This document shows positions 22,200 to 34,173 of a DNA stretch of 38,170 nucleotides, one piece after another (position 1 is the first letter of the stretch; every line of letters begins with the position of its first letter). Made by a program: the position numbers and the translations under genes. The notes under the pieces were generated by a model. That model was not told the DNA's origin and ran no database searches. It worked only from the letters and a program-made list of their open reading frames with translations. The DNA lies in contig NW_003314433.1 in NCBI RefSeq assembly GCF_000143415.4, positions 46,928 through 85,097 on the forward strand. The letters are read 5' to 3'. The DNA comes from Selaginella moellendorffii. Its lineage: Eukaryota > Plantae > Lycopodiophyta.

Positions 22200-24722
22200 T
22201 TATCGTTTCTTCTTGCTGCGCTCTTTGGAAGGTTTGGTAGCCTCCTCTTCAGCGTTGTGGTCGGCTTCAAGTCTCGCCAGCTGCAAATCAAACAATGCTG
22301 TTGTGAGGATTCCTTCTTGAGACACCACTTTACCTTGTGAAGGACGGGTTTAAGTTCTCTGTAGCGTGTCTTTGCCAAGTCAAATCCATCCTTCCTGAAC
22401 TCCTGATAGATGCATAGAGCATGAAGAACGAGCGAAAGAAAACCTGCGTTGTCACCTTTCCAGTGTGTTGGGTGTGATCATAAGGTGCCATTTGCCAATA
22501 CATGATCGTCCAAGAGAAAAAATCTCTCAGCGTTTCTCCAGGCTGAAAGACAAATCAATAACAAAACAGGAAGATGACTCACCAAAAGTGTTTGTTGGGA
22601 ATCAGCCAGGCCCAGCTCGGATCGATCTTTAATTTCCGTGCTTTCTGTGTCAGCTTTTTGCCTTCGCCCCTAAGAATAGCAGCTGCCTCTTCACAGTGAC
22701 TCCACTGCATCCTAGAATACAAAAGGAAACCGACAAGTTTTCTTACATCCTTCTTTTTTACTACCTCGTCATCGTCCTCTTCGTCTTTTCCTTTATTAAT
22801 CGATCCAGCATCACTGTTGTCACCATCAGTTTCGCCTTTCTCCTTACTAGCTTCAATCCACGCGCTTTGTGTTTCCTGCTTGAGACATTAGTATGAGGCT
22901 GGATGATGGCTCGATCATACTAACCTCAATAATGCTCGAAGGTCCAGCGAGGAAAGGTCGTCGTGTCACTTTTTTTTTGCCGACTTCTTTCATACCTCCA
23001 TACAGAAACAAAGTATCCTTTCCAACGACCATTCCAGCATTTATTCTTCCACAAGGCAACAACCTTCAAGCAGAACGCTCAACGTTGAGACGCATTTTCC
23101 ACATTTGGATCAACCACTTTCTTCTGCTTTGGATGCACACTTAACCACTACACAATCTCAGATTGCCATACCTTAATCTTTAGGCTCTTTGGCTTGCGAA
23201 GCTCCAAAGGATACCTGCGAGCGATGGTGTTTAGATAATTTTAAAAAAATCGACGAGATACAAACCATCTGGAAAGCATATACATCTCGATCATAAAAAC
23301 GCTGTGCAGGGAATCACCTGCAAAAGACATTAGTTTTTCCAACGCATGCATTGAAACCGTACTCATCAGCATCAACTACACCACCAAACAAGATGTGGAC
23401 AAAAATCCTGCTCTTGGCCAGGAGCCAAACCGGATTTTTTCACCTTCACAAAACACATTGAAAAACTAAAACTCCAAACGAGAATGTAAAACAAGCAAAC
23501 CTTGTCCCACTCCCAATCCGTGGATCTAACGTCCACATATCTGCGAGCACTACAGCTTTGTCGGATTGATCTTTGTCAGGGGCAGGCTCTTTGAAATAGC
23601 CACCGTACAAGAAAATCTAGAAAAGAAAAAATGTTCACAACACGCAAAACTATACTTTTAGTAGACAAATACCTCATCTAAATAAACAGCAAGCTGAGAA
23701 CCAGTTCCAGCTGAAGGCCAGGCAGCTCCAAGCTTGGGTTTTATCTCTTGCCACTGCAAAAGGAAATCAGTTTAGTTGTTAAAAAACAAGGAAGAACGAT
23801 GAGCGACAGAAACAAACCTTATAATCGTCTAAATCCAGCACTTAAAGATTATTGAAGTACCTGTGTCAAAAATTCAATACTAAACATCTACACTGCTGAA
23901 ACAGCCGACCTTTCTTCCCTCAGCGTGTCATAAAATCCACCAAATAGAATAAGTTTATGTTTCTGTGGCAAGAAAGAAAAAAAAGATTATGTTTAGAAGC
24001 GCAATACATACCAATCTATGTCCGGAACGAGCACCTGGACAGCATTTTAGTTGAAGCTGCTCCTGCCAGATATTTGTGTTTAAATCCAGTCTCCATAAAT
24101 CCTGCAAGAACTCTCTTGTAAGTCAGCTCGAAACACACCTTATAGTGATGAAACCAAATTCACCACCTACACTGCCAAAATCAAGAGAAGTCCTGGAAAA
24201 ATACATCATACCAAACATGAAGAGCCAGTTTTTCCACGCAACCGCCTGGTGAGCGCTTCTCGGTGACAGGCTTCCACTCGTTCTTCTCGATGTTGTATCG
24301 GTAGAGATCGCCATAAACGTAAAGTCTAGCATAGCAAACACGAAGGTTAAATCACCGTAGCAAAACTAATCACAAACCTTGTCACCATTGTTGTATTCAC
24401 CTCCATAGACGATCAGCGCAGTGTCCTTGACGGGATTTACAGTCACCTGAAACGCAAGGAAAGAAGAATTCTAGAGAATGTGAGCTTCCAGAGTGGAGAT
24501 TTCAATCGAGTTCTTACGCACAGAGCAATTGCATTGTGGTGAAGGAGCTGCTACATTCTCATCGCCATGAATTTCGCTCTTCTTTGCTTTCTCCTTGTGG
24601 AGTTTAGCCTGACAAGAAGGAAAACGATTGAGAGTCTTTGGCCAGAGCTTTCCTTACCAAGATCGCATCAATATCATCCTCGTCCCACACCTTCCTCTCC
24701 GCCGCCTTGGCCGTCTTGCTCG
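22200..24722 (-). pseudogene. KLHDC4: Kelch-domain protein KLHDC4-like (Kelch repeats + DUF4110) pseudogene
   Basis: KTAKAAER..EDDIDAIL, PSPQCNCS, LIVYGGEYNNGDK, YGDLYRYNIEK, PRSAHQAVAWKN, PCGRINAGMVVGKDTLFLYGGMKE, FRKDGFDLAKTRYRELKPVL; many short introns. The start Met is missing, with internal microdeletions, frameshifts and a premature stop (NNL*VLDL). Confidence 0.88.
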
Positions 24723-24764
24723 AAGAACCCTAAAACCTAAATTAACTCTTGCTTGTACTGTCCG

Positions 24765-24912
24765 CTTTGCTTCCATACGATGGCTTTGCTTCCACAGCTG
24801 GCATATGCTTTGCTTCCACTTTCTTAGTGCTTTGCTTCCACAGCTGGCATATGCTTTGCTTTTCTTCCACAGCTGGCATACTTTCTTTAGTGCTTTGCTT
24901 CCACTGCTGGCA
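24765..24912. repeat. Imperfect tandem repeat with core GCTTTGCTTCCA(CAGCTGGCATAT), about 6-7 units
   Basis: Directly visible; lies just upstream of the Roco ATG and is absent upstream of the second Roco copy. Confidence 0.85.
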
Positions 24913-24952
24913 AGGTTCACTTTTACAAGTTTACTCGTGCTCTCAAACTTCC

Positions 24953-27900
24953 ATGGAGGAGGAGCGACGAGAGTTGATCCACTGTTCCTCTGTCAAGGAG
25001 ATCAAGGAGGCTCTCGCAGCGAAGCGGGACAACAAGCGGCACTTCAATGCGATTCGGTTTTATTGTGGGGAGATCTGGAGGCTGGAGGCGCTTGACGCAT
25101 CCAAAGGTGAGTTTGTTGATGAGGTGAGTGCTACCGTTGAGGGGTTTGGAGGCACAGAGGAGGATCTGATTGGTGTGCTCAACTGGTGCATTTCAAATTC
25201 ACCCTGGTCAGACGAACCGGTTTAGACAGGGCTCTGGATGTGGGAGATGCTCCTGGTGATGGCAGTTCGTCTGCTGCTGCTGCTGCTGCTGCTCACATTG
25301 ACATTCTCAAGGCCGCTTTGGTACCACAGCTCGACATCAGATTCATCCACATCGCTGCCAGGGTCGCTTGTAGGTTGGGCATTCCCAGTGATCGAATGCA
25401 AAGGGTGGCAGAGGGCATTGCTCCTCCTCAGCAGGGACAGGATATTCGCCAGATTGAGGTGCAGAGGTTTGCAAAGCTACTGACGATGACAGAGGAATTC
25501 AAGGTCTTGAAAGAGCTACGTTTCGAATGGCGAGGCAAAGACATCCTCACACCACCTCAGGAGCTTGAGTTGGCCTTTGCTCAGCTCGACTGCTTGACAG
25601 AGCTCAGGTTGCACAGGGTTGGGAACCCAGAGACTCTCCTTAGCCAACTCCTTAGGAAAGCAGGAAACAACTTGAAACATCTCGTGTTGGAGATGAACAG
25701 GATGACAGTGGAAGGATTTGGGAAATTGAGTAGGGATCTGGCAAGTCAGGAGTGCAAGGTGGAAATTTTAGTCATCTTTGATAAGGACATTGGCAAGGAA
25801 GGGTGGGAACAGGCATTTCAGAATGGCATTTTCAATAAGCTAGTGGCGCTGGTGGCATGGTTTCCAGAGGGGGCAGGTGAGGCACTCTTCAAGGCACTCA
25901 CTAGTCCAAGCTGTTCGCTGCAAAGACTAGACCTATCTTGGGAAAGTGATGCTGGAGTGTTGCCATGGGTATGCAAGGCTCTTCAGGAGGGCACCCGCCT
26001 GTCAGTTTTAGGTTGCCGAAGTGAGGACCTGAGCAATGCAACGGGCCTGGGTGAGGCCCTGAGCAGCGCTAAGTGTGGCTTGGAGGAACTCATCGTTACT
26101 CTTTATCCAGGTGATGGTGGTGGATGGTTGGGCAGAGCGCTACAAAATCCCAATGGCAAGCTGATCAAGCTTCATCTTTATGTACTTGATCGGCTAAACG
26201 AGGGAGGAGGAATGGTCTGTGACAGCAGTCTGTGGTCAGCTCTCTCAAGTCCACATTGTAAGCTGCGCCATTTGGTAATAAGTGGTCGTAGCAGGACAGA
26301 GTTACCGTTGGAGATTGCCAAGGGCATAGAGAAGAGCCAACTGGAGCATTTGGGTATACGGGAGTGCAAAATCACGAATGGGGAGCTCTTTTGGAAAGCT
26401 ATCACCAGCTGCAAGTCTCTGAAAGCTTTGTCATGTAACTCGGAACTGCCATGGAGGTGCCTTTTGGGAAGCAGCATTGAAGACTTGGAAATACGTCAGG
26501 AAGAAATTGAAAAGCTGGAAGAGCTTTGCCAGTTGCTGGGGGATCCAAAATGCAAGGTGCGCAGATTCAGGGCTCTTCTTCTTAGAAGTGATGCACAGAA
26601 AAGACAAATTCTGGCTGCCCTGGAGGAAAACTACCAAAGCCTTGTGGAAGAGCTTGATATAGGCAATGATTCCGAAGCTTCTGAAGCATTCAAGCAGAGG
26701 TGTTCTGGTCTTTTAGAGCGGAATGCAATCTTCCAGCAGAGTGCATTCAAAGACTTTGACAACCCGTCAACAGCAAAGCTCTTCTTGTGTGGTGCTAGCA
26801 GGGTTGGAAAGACCACAATAAAAAAAAACCTCTGCCGCAGAGTGTCTTGGTTTCCATCATGTCTCCAAAGGCATGCTTCAACAGCAGGCATTGAGCTGCA
26901 ACCACTTGTCTATGCGACCACCAAACAAAAGCTGCTCATTTGCGACCTGGCTGGACAGGAAGAGTTCCATGCTTTCCACCAGTACTTTCTCAGAGGAAGT
27001 GAGAAGGATCTCTTCTTGATCGTATGCAAGGTGGAGGATGACAATTGTGACGTTTTCAAGCAGAATTTGGTTTACTGGCTGAGGTTCATCGCTTCACATC
27101 AATCAGCCTCACCCAAAAGGAAGCCCAGGGTCTTGATTGCCTTGAATTTTTTCACTCGAAAATGCAGCTATGACCCAAAGAAGGTGGTTTCTGCAATAAT
27201 CTCCGACAAAGACAAAGGCTATGGGCAAGTACTTGAGTTTGGGACAGATCCTTGTTTTAAGGTGGTGGCCACTCAAGTGAAAGATTTAAGGGGGATAAAA
27301 ACCATGTTGGGGAGTTGCTTGCACGAACTGCTGTCATCCCAGCAACAAATACCATGGGAATGTCTCGAAGCAAAGAGGAAACTGGTACAAGGTGCCAGTC
27401 AGAAGAAGGTCATACCCCTAGACAAAGTTGACGAAATCCTCTTGCCTAACAGCAGTTTCAAAAGTGAAGAAGCCTGGAAGAATGTTATTAAATTCGTCTT
27501 GCAGTTTCTACATGATTGTGGAGATGCAATTTACTTTGGCTTGGGACATGAAGAGGGTGACATTGTGTCTCAATTTGTCATCTTAGATGTCCAATGGTTT
27601 ATGAGGGATGTGGTGCAACTCTTCATACCTACAGGGAAGATCAGCAAATTCAAAAGTCAAATGGAAACACACCAAGTTGAACATCGATTGCAAGAACAAT
27701 GTGGGAACCAAGACAAAATAGTGGAGTACATTCTTGGAGTGCTCCATGAGATGGGACTGATATTGCCTTGGGATGAAACATGGGATGGGAATTGGCATAA
27801 CTTGCCCAAAAAGTTGAAAATGCCAACACTATTGCAAGAAGAATATTCACCTCCAGAATATTTATCATTGCCATCAGTGCCAATTGACACTCAAAAAAAC

Positions 27901-29313
27901 CACAACTACTGGGGCAGGAGGTTTGAATGCAAAGACAAGGACTTGAAATTGTTTCCTGCAAGTATTTTCACAAAGATCCAAGTTAAACTTCACAAATTAA
28001 GCAAGAAAGGTTTTAGGCCTGGGAATGGATGGGTGGCTTTGAAAGAGAACCTTATCGAGACAATTGTGAGAGTTGGGGGAGACACAGGCAATTGGAAAGA
28101 TAGGCAATGGGTTGATGTCATCATCTATTACCCAAAAGAGGTAGAGAATGCACCAAGGCCAGATTTGGAAAAAGAAGCTGAAGGATGGATGGAAAAAATT
28201 AGAAATTGCATTATTGGGGTATGTATGGAGGATTGCCCATCTTTGGAAATTGAAGAAAATGTGATGAGACGTGGTTATGTATGGAGAAGGATACTAAATA
28301 AGGGGGACAAATTAGAATTATGGGCTTCAGTTATTTGTCCACTAAAGGAAGTCAAATGTGAAGCAAAAGAAAGAGGTTTAGAATACTCCCACACTTGGAA
28401 TTATTCACATGAAGTAGAGGATTGGGATGTGAATAATGATTTGAAGGTCTCAGATGAGAATGCTTTGGCTAAGCTATTGATGCCCAATGAGCAAAAACAT
28501 GAACTGGTGAATAAGTTTGTTGAACTTCATGAACTCTTGAAGGACTATGACGAGGTTGGAGAAGTCACAATTCCCAAAGCATCATCAGATGTTGTTAAGT
28601 TTCCAAACATTGAAGACCCAAAACTTGATGCAATCCTCATATATATTAAGAAGATGTTTGATAAAATGGAGAACCGTTTTGACAAGTTGGATACAAAACT
28701 TAATGACATTGAAGTAAGCGTTAACGAGCTCAAGAATGGAATCAAGTTTATCATGGATAAAGTGAATGCAATCCATACAACGTGTTTTCAAGTATTATTG
28801 AAATTGGAGACAGATTGCCCAAAATATCCATATATTCTTGATGAGAATAATAGGTGGAAAAATTACAGCAAAATATTGGGAACACATGGTAGACTTCACT
28901 ATTTGTGTGAATGGCCTGAAGGAACTTCTAAAGGTCATCAAGTGAAGAGTTCTGAAGGTGTTGAATTGAATATCCCACCAAACTGGCTCGAGAAATTTGC
29001 TCCAGTACTTAAATATACATTGATCCTATTATTTATTGGGGCCAAAGTTGGAGGACATTTTGCTGGTATTGGAGAGATAGTGAATGCAATAGTGGATGAG
29101 ATCAAGGGAAGCCTCATAAGTTTTTTGGATTCATGTCTTCTCAAAAGCAAGCTAACTACAAATCCCAAAGCAGAAGATGTGCAAGAGATATTTAAGCTAG
29201 TGACAACTAAATTTGGGAAAGAAGAAAAAGAGGAGACAATCATGGAAAAATATTTTGTTCTTCATCCCATAATCTTGGAGGGAAAACAAATATGGGTCTG
29301 CAAAGGTATTTAG
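24953..29313 (+). CDS. LRR-Roc-COR (Roco) protein, TORNADO1-like, copy 1, probably intact; proposed exons 24953-25123 and 25465-29313
   Basis: 1375-codon ORF containing RI-like LRRs (CSLQRLDLSW, CGLEELIV, CKLRHLVIS), Roc GTPase (LFLCGASRVGKTT, STAGIE, CDLAGQEEFH), COR (FLHDCGDAIYF, LDVQWF), a coiled coil and a TRN1-like tail (CPKYPY, RLHYLCE, hydrophobic segment, WVC). The N-terminal exon is shared with the paralog; the intron model is inferred. Confidence 0.9.
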
Positions 29314-30480
29314 CATTTAAGTTTTTTGTTTTATCTAACAAACACCATTCTAAAGCAGATCATTAATCTATATTTTTATAAGGTGGGTTAGCAAAATGAA
29401 GGTAAATAAATATGCTTTATATAGTTATTACTATATATCTTTGGTATGATTCAGGTCTATTTTGTAGTTGAAGTTAATGAGGTAAGTTTGTATTATAGCT
29501 TTAAATTATCCTTTCCTGCTTATTTTAATGTTTCAAGTTTATTTCAGTGTTGAATATCTAATATTTTAAGTGAAGGAAAAGCTACCAAATATTTTATTTT
29601 TTATCCCATAATTTTGATGATAAAACAATATATATTTACAAAGGTATTTTATATTGAAATATATCCATGCTTTTAATTTTATCTAATAGAGGCTATATAG
29701 GGCATTTGAAGTAAATCATTAATTATATATTTTGCTCTTCATCCCATAATCCTGGATGAAAGAAAAATATGGATCTGCAAAGGTATTTAACATTTAAGAT
29801 TTTAGTTTTATCTAACAAACACCATTCTAAAGCAGATCATCAATATATATTTTTACGAGGTAGTTTGGAAAGATGAAGATAAATGAACATACTTTATATA
29901 ATTATTACTATATGTCTTTGGAATGATTGGGTTATATTTTGTAAGAAAAGTTGATGAAGTAAGTTTTACATTATTGCTCTAAAATATTATTTCACGTTTA
30001 TTCTAATGTTTGAAGTTTATTTCAGTGTTGAATTTTTAATAATCAAAGTGAAGGAAAAACTCATCAAATAATTTCATATTAATGATATTTCGATATGAAA
30101 ACAAAAATTGTGAAAGAAATTGACCATAAGACAATCATGGCCAAATATTTTAATATCCATCCTATAACCTTGGATTATAAAATAGTATGGATTTACAAAG
30201 GTATTTTACATTGAAATATATCTATGATTTTAGTTTGATTTAACAAAGACTATGTAGGGCATTTAAATAAATAATTGATTATATTGATTTTTGAGATTAT
30301 TTAGCAAAGCAATGATAAATCAAATGTCCTCTATATTGTTTTAGCTATGGCAGAATGTTATTTGTACTATGATTATGCTACATTTCCTTATATAAGTTGA
30401 TGAAGTATCTTTACATATTGCTCTAAAATAATTTTTATATTTATTCTGATGTTTCTGTATTGAATGCTTTAAAGAAAAGC
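29240..30480 (+). repeat. Degenerate tandem duplications of the Roco C-terminal coding end plus 3'UTR
   Basis: The unit atatttt...catcccataat..tgga....aaa.aaatatgg.t.tgcaaaggtattt recurs at about 29250, 29590, 29728 and 30145. Confidence 0.85.
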
Positions 30481-33400
30481 TACTAAGATGATTTCATGTT
30501 AGAGGCATTTTTTATTTTGGCATCTTTGGTAAAACAATTCTAGGAATGAAGTTAATTAAAATTAATAAACCTTTTGAGGTAATGCATTTCAAAACTAAAT
30601 ACAAGTGCTTAACTGTTATTTATCATCACATACTATAGGAGATAACTTTATATTATCTTTACCAACTTCAACTTATTCTTTAAATTAATGTTTAGCTAAA
30701 ATATGTTACAAACTACAGTTTAAAGTCTTATGAAAATTGTCATTATTCACAATTCCATTTACTTACTAAACTCTATATAGAAATTTGTTTACTCTCCTCA
30801 ATTATATATATATGTCATCCCATAAAACTAAACACTGTATTGTGCTTTAACTATTGTAAGCAATAATTTAACAAAAAAAAGTTTTTGAGTGTTTGTAGAC
30901 ACTTTTTACAAAATACAAAATATGTATTAAACACCATTTATATTTATTTTAAAAATGAAGTATAAAGATATTTTTTACTATGAAATCATTTGCAACACAT
31001 CAAGTGTTACTTTGAGAGTAGCTCTAATGAAAATGCTTTCTAAATACTTATTTTGAACATTCTAGTAAATATTCATTTTTGAAAGGTTGTTTAATTTTAA
31101 ATTGTTTTCTTTCTTGCTAGGTTCTTTACAAATATTAACTTATATTATTTATGGCACTATAATCTTCTGAATTTGGGCTTTCTAAAAGGTCATCTAACCC
31201 AATACTATTTAAAGATGCTTAATCTAAAATAACCCAAAACTTATAACTAATTGGAACAAAGGGTACATTTCTATATTTAAAACAATATTAATAATTTTTT
31301 AAGTTATTATCTTTGGTTGTTTATAATCCATCATGCTTTTTTGGAAGTTCATGCCTTCGTAAATGGAAGTTGAAAGTTGCAACTCTTCGAAGAGTCCTGC
31401 TCTTTTAACACCTTACCCCTCGAGTTGAAATTGGAGTAAACTAAACTTAATAAATATCAATCTTAACATGTGGTGTGATTTCTTTAATCAATTAATAGAG
31501 TCACACTTTAGACTTCTCTAATACCAAATATAAGTTTTTAAATTTGGACTTCATAAAAGGTTATTTAGCCATTTGGGTATCCAAAAGTGGAATTGGACAC
31601 ATAGAGCATTTAAACTAAGTACAAAGTTGATGTGGTTACAAGAACACATTTTAAAGTTAGCAAACACCCAAATTAATATCAGGGCCTATAGAGATTATGA
31701 GTGAGACTCCTTTAGATGATCCTAAAGTAAAAAAAAATTAATCATTTATAAAGATGCCAAAAGCATGGTGATGGTTGCGATCACCACCACCATAACAAAA
31801 ATGACAAGCCATAATTATAGTATACTGCTATTTACATTGCCTTGATAAGCATTTATGACATGCAAAAATTCAAAAATAAACTTTATCGAAACCTTTGCAA
31901 ACTCAACCAAGTTTATGAGCTAAATGAAGAAGTTTGGTTTAGAGATGTTTGCCTAAGCTCACTCCCAATCTTTATCTCATCCTTGTCTAGAGAACCAACA
32001 TCTCAATCATTTATTATACCTTGTAAATTGGCAAGAAAAAGCTTCAAATTATCACTAATATACTGGTTTATATGTTTTTCTCAAATTTTTGGGCTAGTAT
32101 TTAGTATTAGGTTGCTAAGATTTTATGCCAAGCTAAGTAATTTCTCAAGAGAAAGATTTAAGTGAATTTGAAATAAACTCTTTGTAGACAATAACTTACA
32201 AAAGAAAAAAGGGTAAGTCACTATATTATTTATATATGGAACTTATTAAAGAGGACCTGCTCGATAAAAAATACATTGTCCAACTTAGGGCTTTATGTAT
32301 TGATTGAGTGGAGATAGATTATCAAGCAAAGATGAACATTTGGCTAAAGCTTTGATTTATTAATGGTTTTGTTGAGATTGGGCAAAATGTTATTATAAAT
32401 TTATAGTTCATTTTGTAAGTGATTGGATTAATTTTTGTTACTCTTTACAGTTGGACAATCTCAAGAGTTTCCTCTTTTGCTTTTGAAGGAGAACTTTGTT
32501 TGTGCTTGTACAAATAAGTTAAGTAAGACAATCCAAATACAAAAGGAATCCATATGACCGCTGCCACGTGTATCAAAAAATTGTAGCTTTTCTTATAATT
32601 ATTTTTAGCTGTGCATCATTTACAAAACTTACACTCTACAAATCTCACTCGCAAGAGGTTTTTACTATATCACCAAAGTTGTTAGTAACCTTGTGTAAAA
32701 TTGATAGCTTGTCCTTAAATATCAACAATGGATTGTATTTCATTTTCATATCCAACATAGAAACATTTATGGATGCCTTGTGGTACTAAGTATTTACCAA
32801 ATGACCACTTAATTCTAGATTCAATGTTTGTATTACAAAGAAAAAAAAGCAAGAGAAGGAATATTTGGATTTTATGCTCCAAAAGTAATAAGAGTGAGAG
32901 TAGCACCTTAGAATATCTAAACCAAATAACACTTGAGATTCATTAATTGTCCTTGAAAGCCAAGATATCAACAAAAAGTAGTGATCACAAGAATAATAAA
33001 ATAAGTGGTTGCATTTGAAATGTTGGAGATAAGTTAATACTACATTCTCAAAATAAATACTATAAATAGAGAATGTTATTAGGTGACTGGAGTCTGGCAG
33101 TTACCTCAAGATGGTCGAAAACTCTCACTTTGCAACGTCGGACAAGGTGTGAAGAAAGGACTCACCATACCTCTGGGAATACCTGTAAATACCCTTCGAT
33201 CCAGGGCAAACTTCCATGGAGGAGGAGCGACGAGTGTGGATCCCCTGTTTGTCTGTCAAGGAGATCAAGGAGGCTCTCGCAGCGAAGCGGGACAACAAGC
33301 AGCACTTCAATGCGATTGTGTTTCATTGTGGGAAGATCTGGAGGCTGGAGGCGCTTGACGCATCCAAAGGTGAGTTTGTTGATGAGGTGAGTGCTACCGT

Positions 33401-34173
33401 TGAGGGGTTTGGAGGCACAGAGGAGGATCTGATTGGTGTGCTCAACTGGTGCATTTCAAATCCACCCAGTTTAGACGGGGCTCTGGATGTGGGAGATGCT
33501 CCTGGTGATGGCAGTTCGTCTGCTGCTGCTGCTGCTCACATTGACATTCTCAAGGCCGCTTTGGTACCACAGCTCGACATCAGATTCATCCAGTTCGCTG
33601 CCAGGGTCGCTTGTAGGTTGGGCATTCCCAGTGATCGAATGCAAAGGGTGGCAGAGGGCATTGCTCCTCCTCAGCAGGGACAGGATATTTGGCAGATTGA
33701 GGTTGCAGAGGTTTGCAAAGCTTCTCATGACAGAGGAATTCAAAGTCTTGAAAGTGCTACGTTTCAATTGGCAAGGAGGCAAAGACATCCTCACACCACC
33801 TCAGGAGCTTGAGTTGGCCTTTGCTCAGCTCGACTGCTTGACAGAGCTCTGGTTGTACAGGGTTGGGAACCCAGAGACTCTCCTTAGCCAACTCCTTAGG
33901 AAACCAGGAAACAACTTGAAACGTCTCCAATTGCTGGGGAACAGGATGACAGTGGAAGGATTTGGGAAATTGAGTAGGGATCTGGCAAGTCAGGAGTGCA
34001 GGGTGGAAGAGTTAGTCATCGAAGATAACCACATTGGCAAGGAAGGGTGGGAACAGGCATTTCAGAGTGGCATTTGCATTAAGCTAGTAAAACTGGTGGC
34101 AACGTTTCGAGAGGAGGCAGGTGAAGCACTCTTCAAGGCACTCACTTGTCCAAACTGTTCGCTGCAAAGACTA

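Noticed and set aside
25186-25464. ORF-track start of the 1375-aa Roco ORF
   Set aside because: Non-ATG start; this segment tolerates frameshifting indels between paralogs and is more likely intronic.
31540-32600. Faint protein-kinase or retroelement-like words (e.g. KYIVQLRALC) in AT-rich DNA
   Set aside because: Too degenerate; no diagnostic motifs (HRD, DFG, YxDD) recovered.
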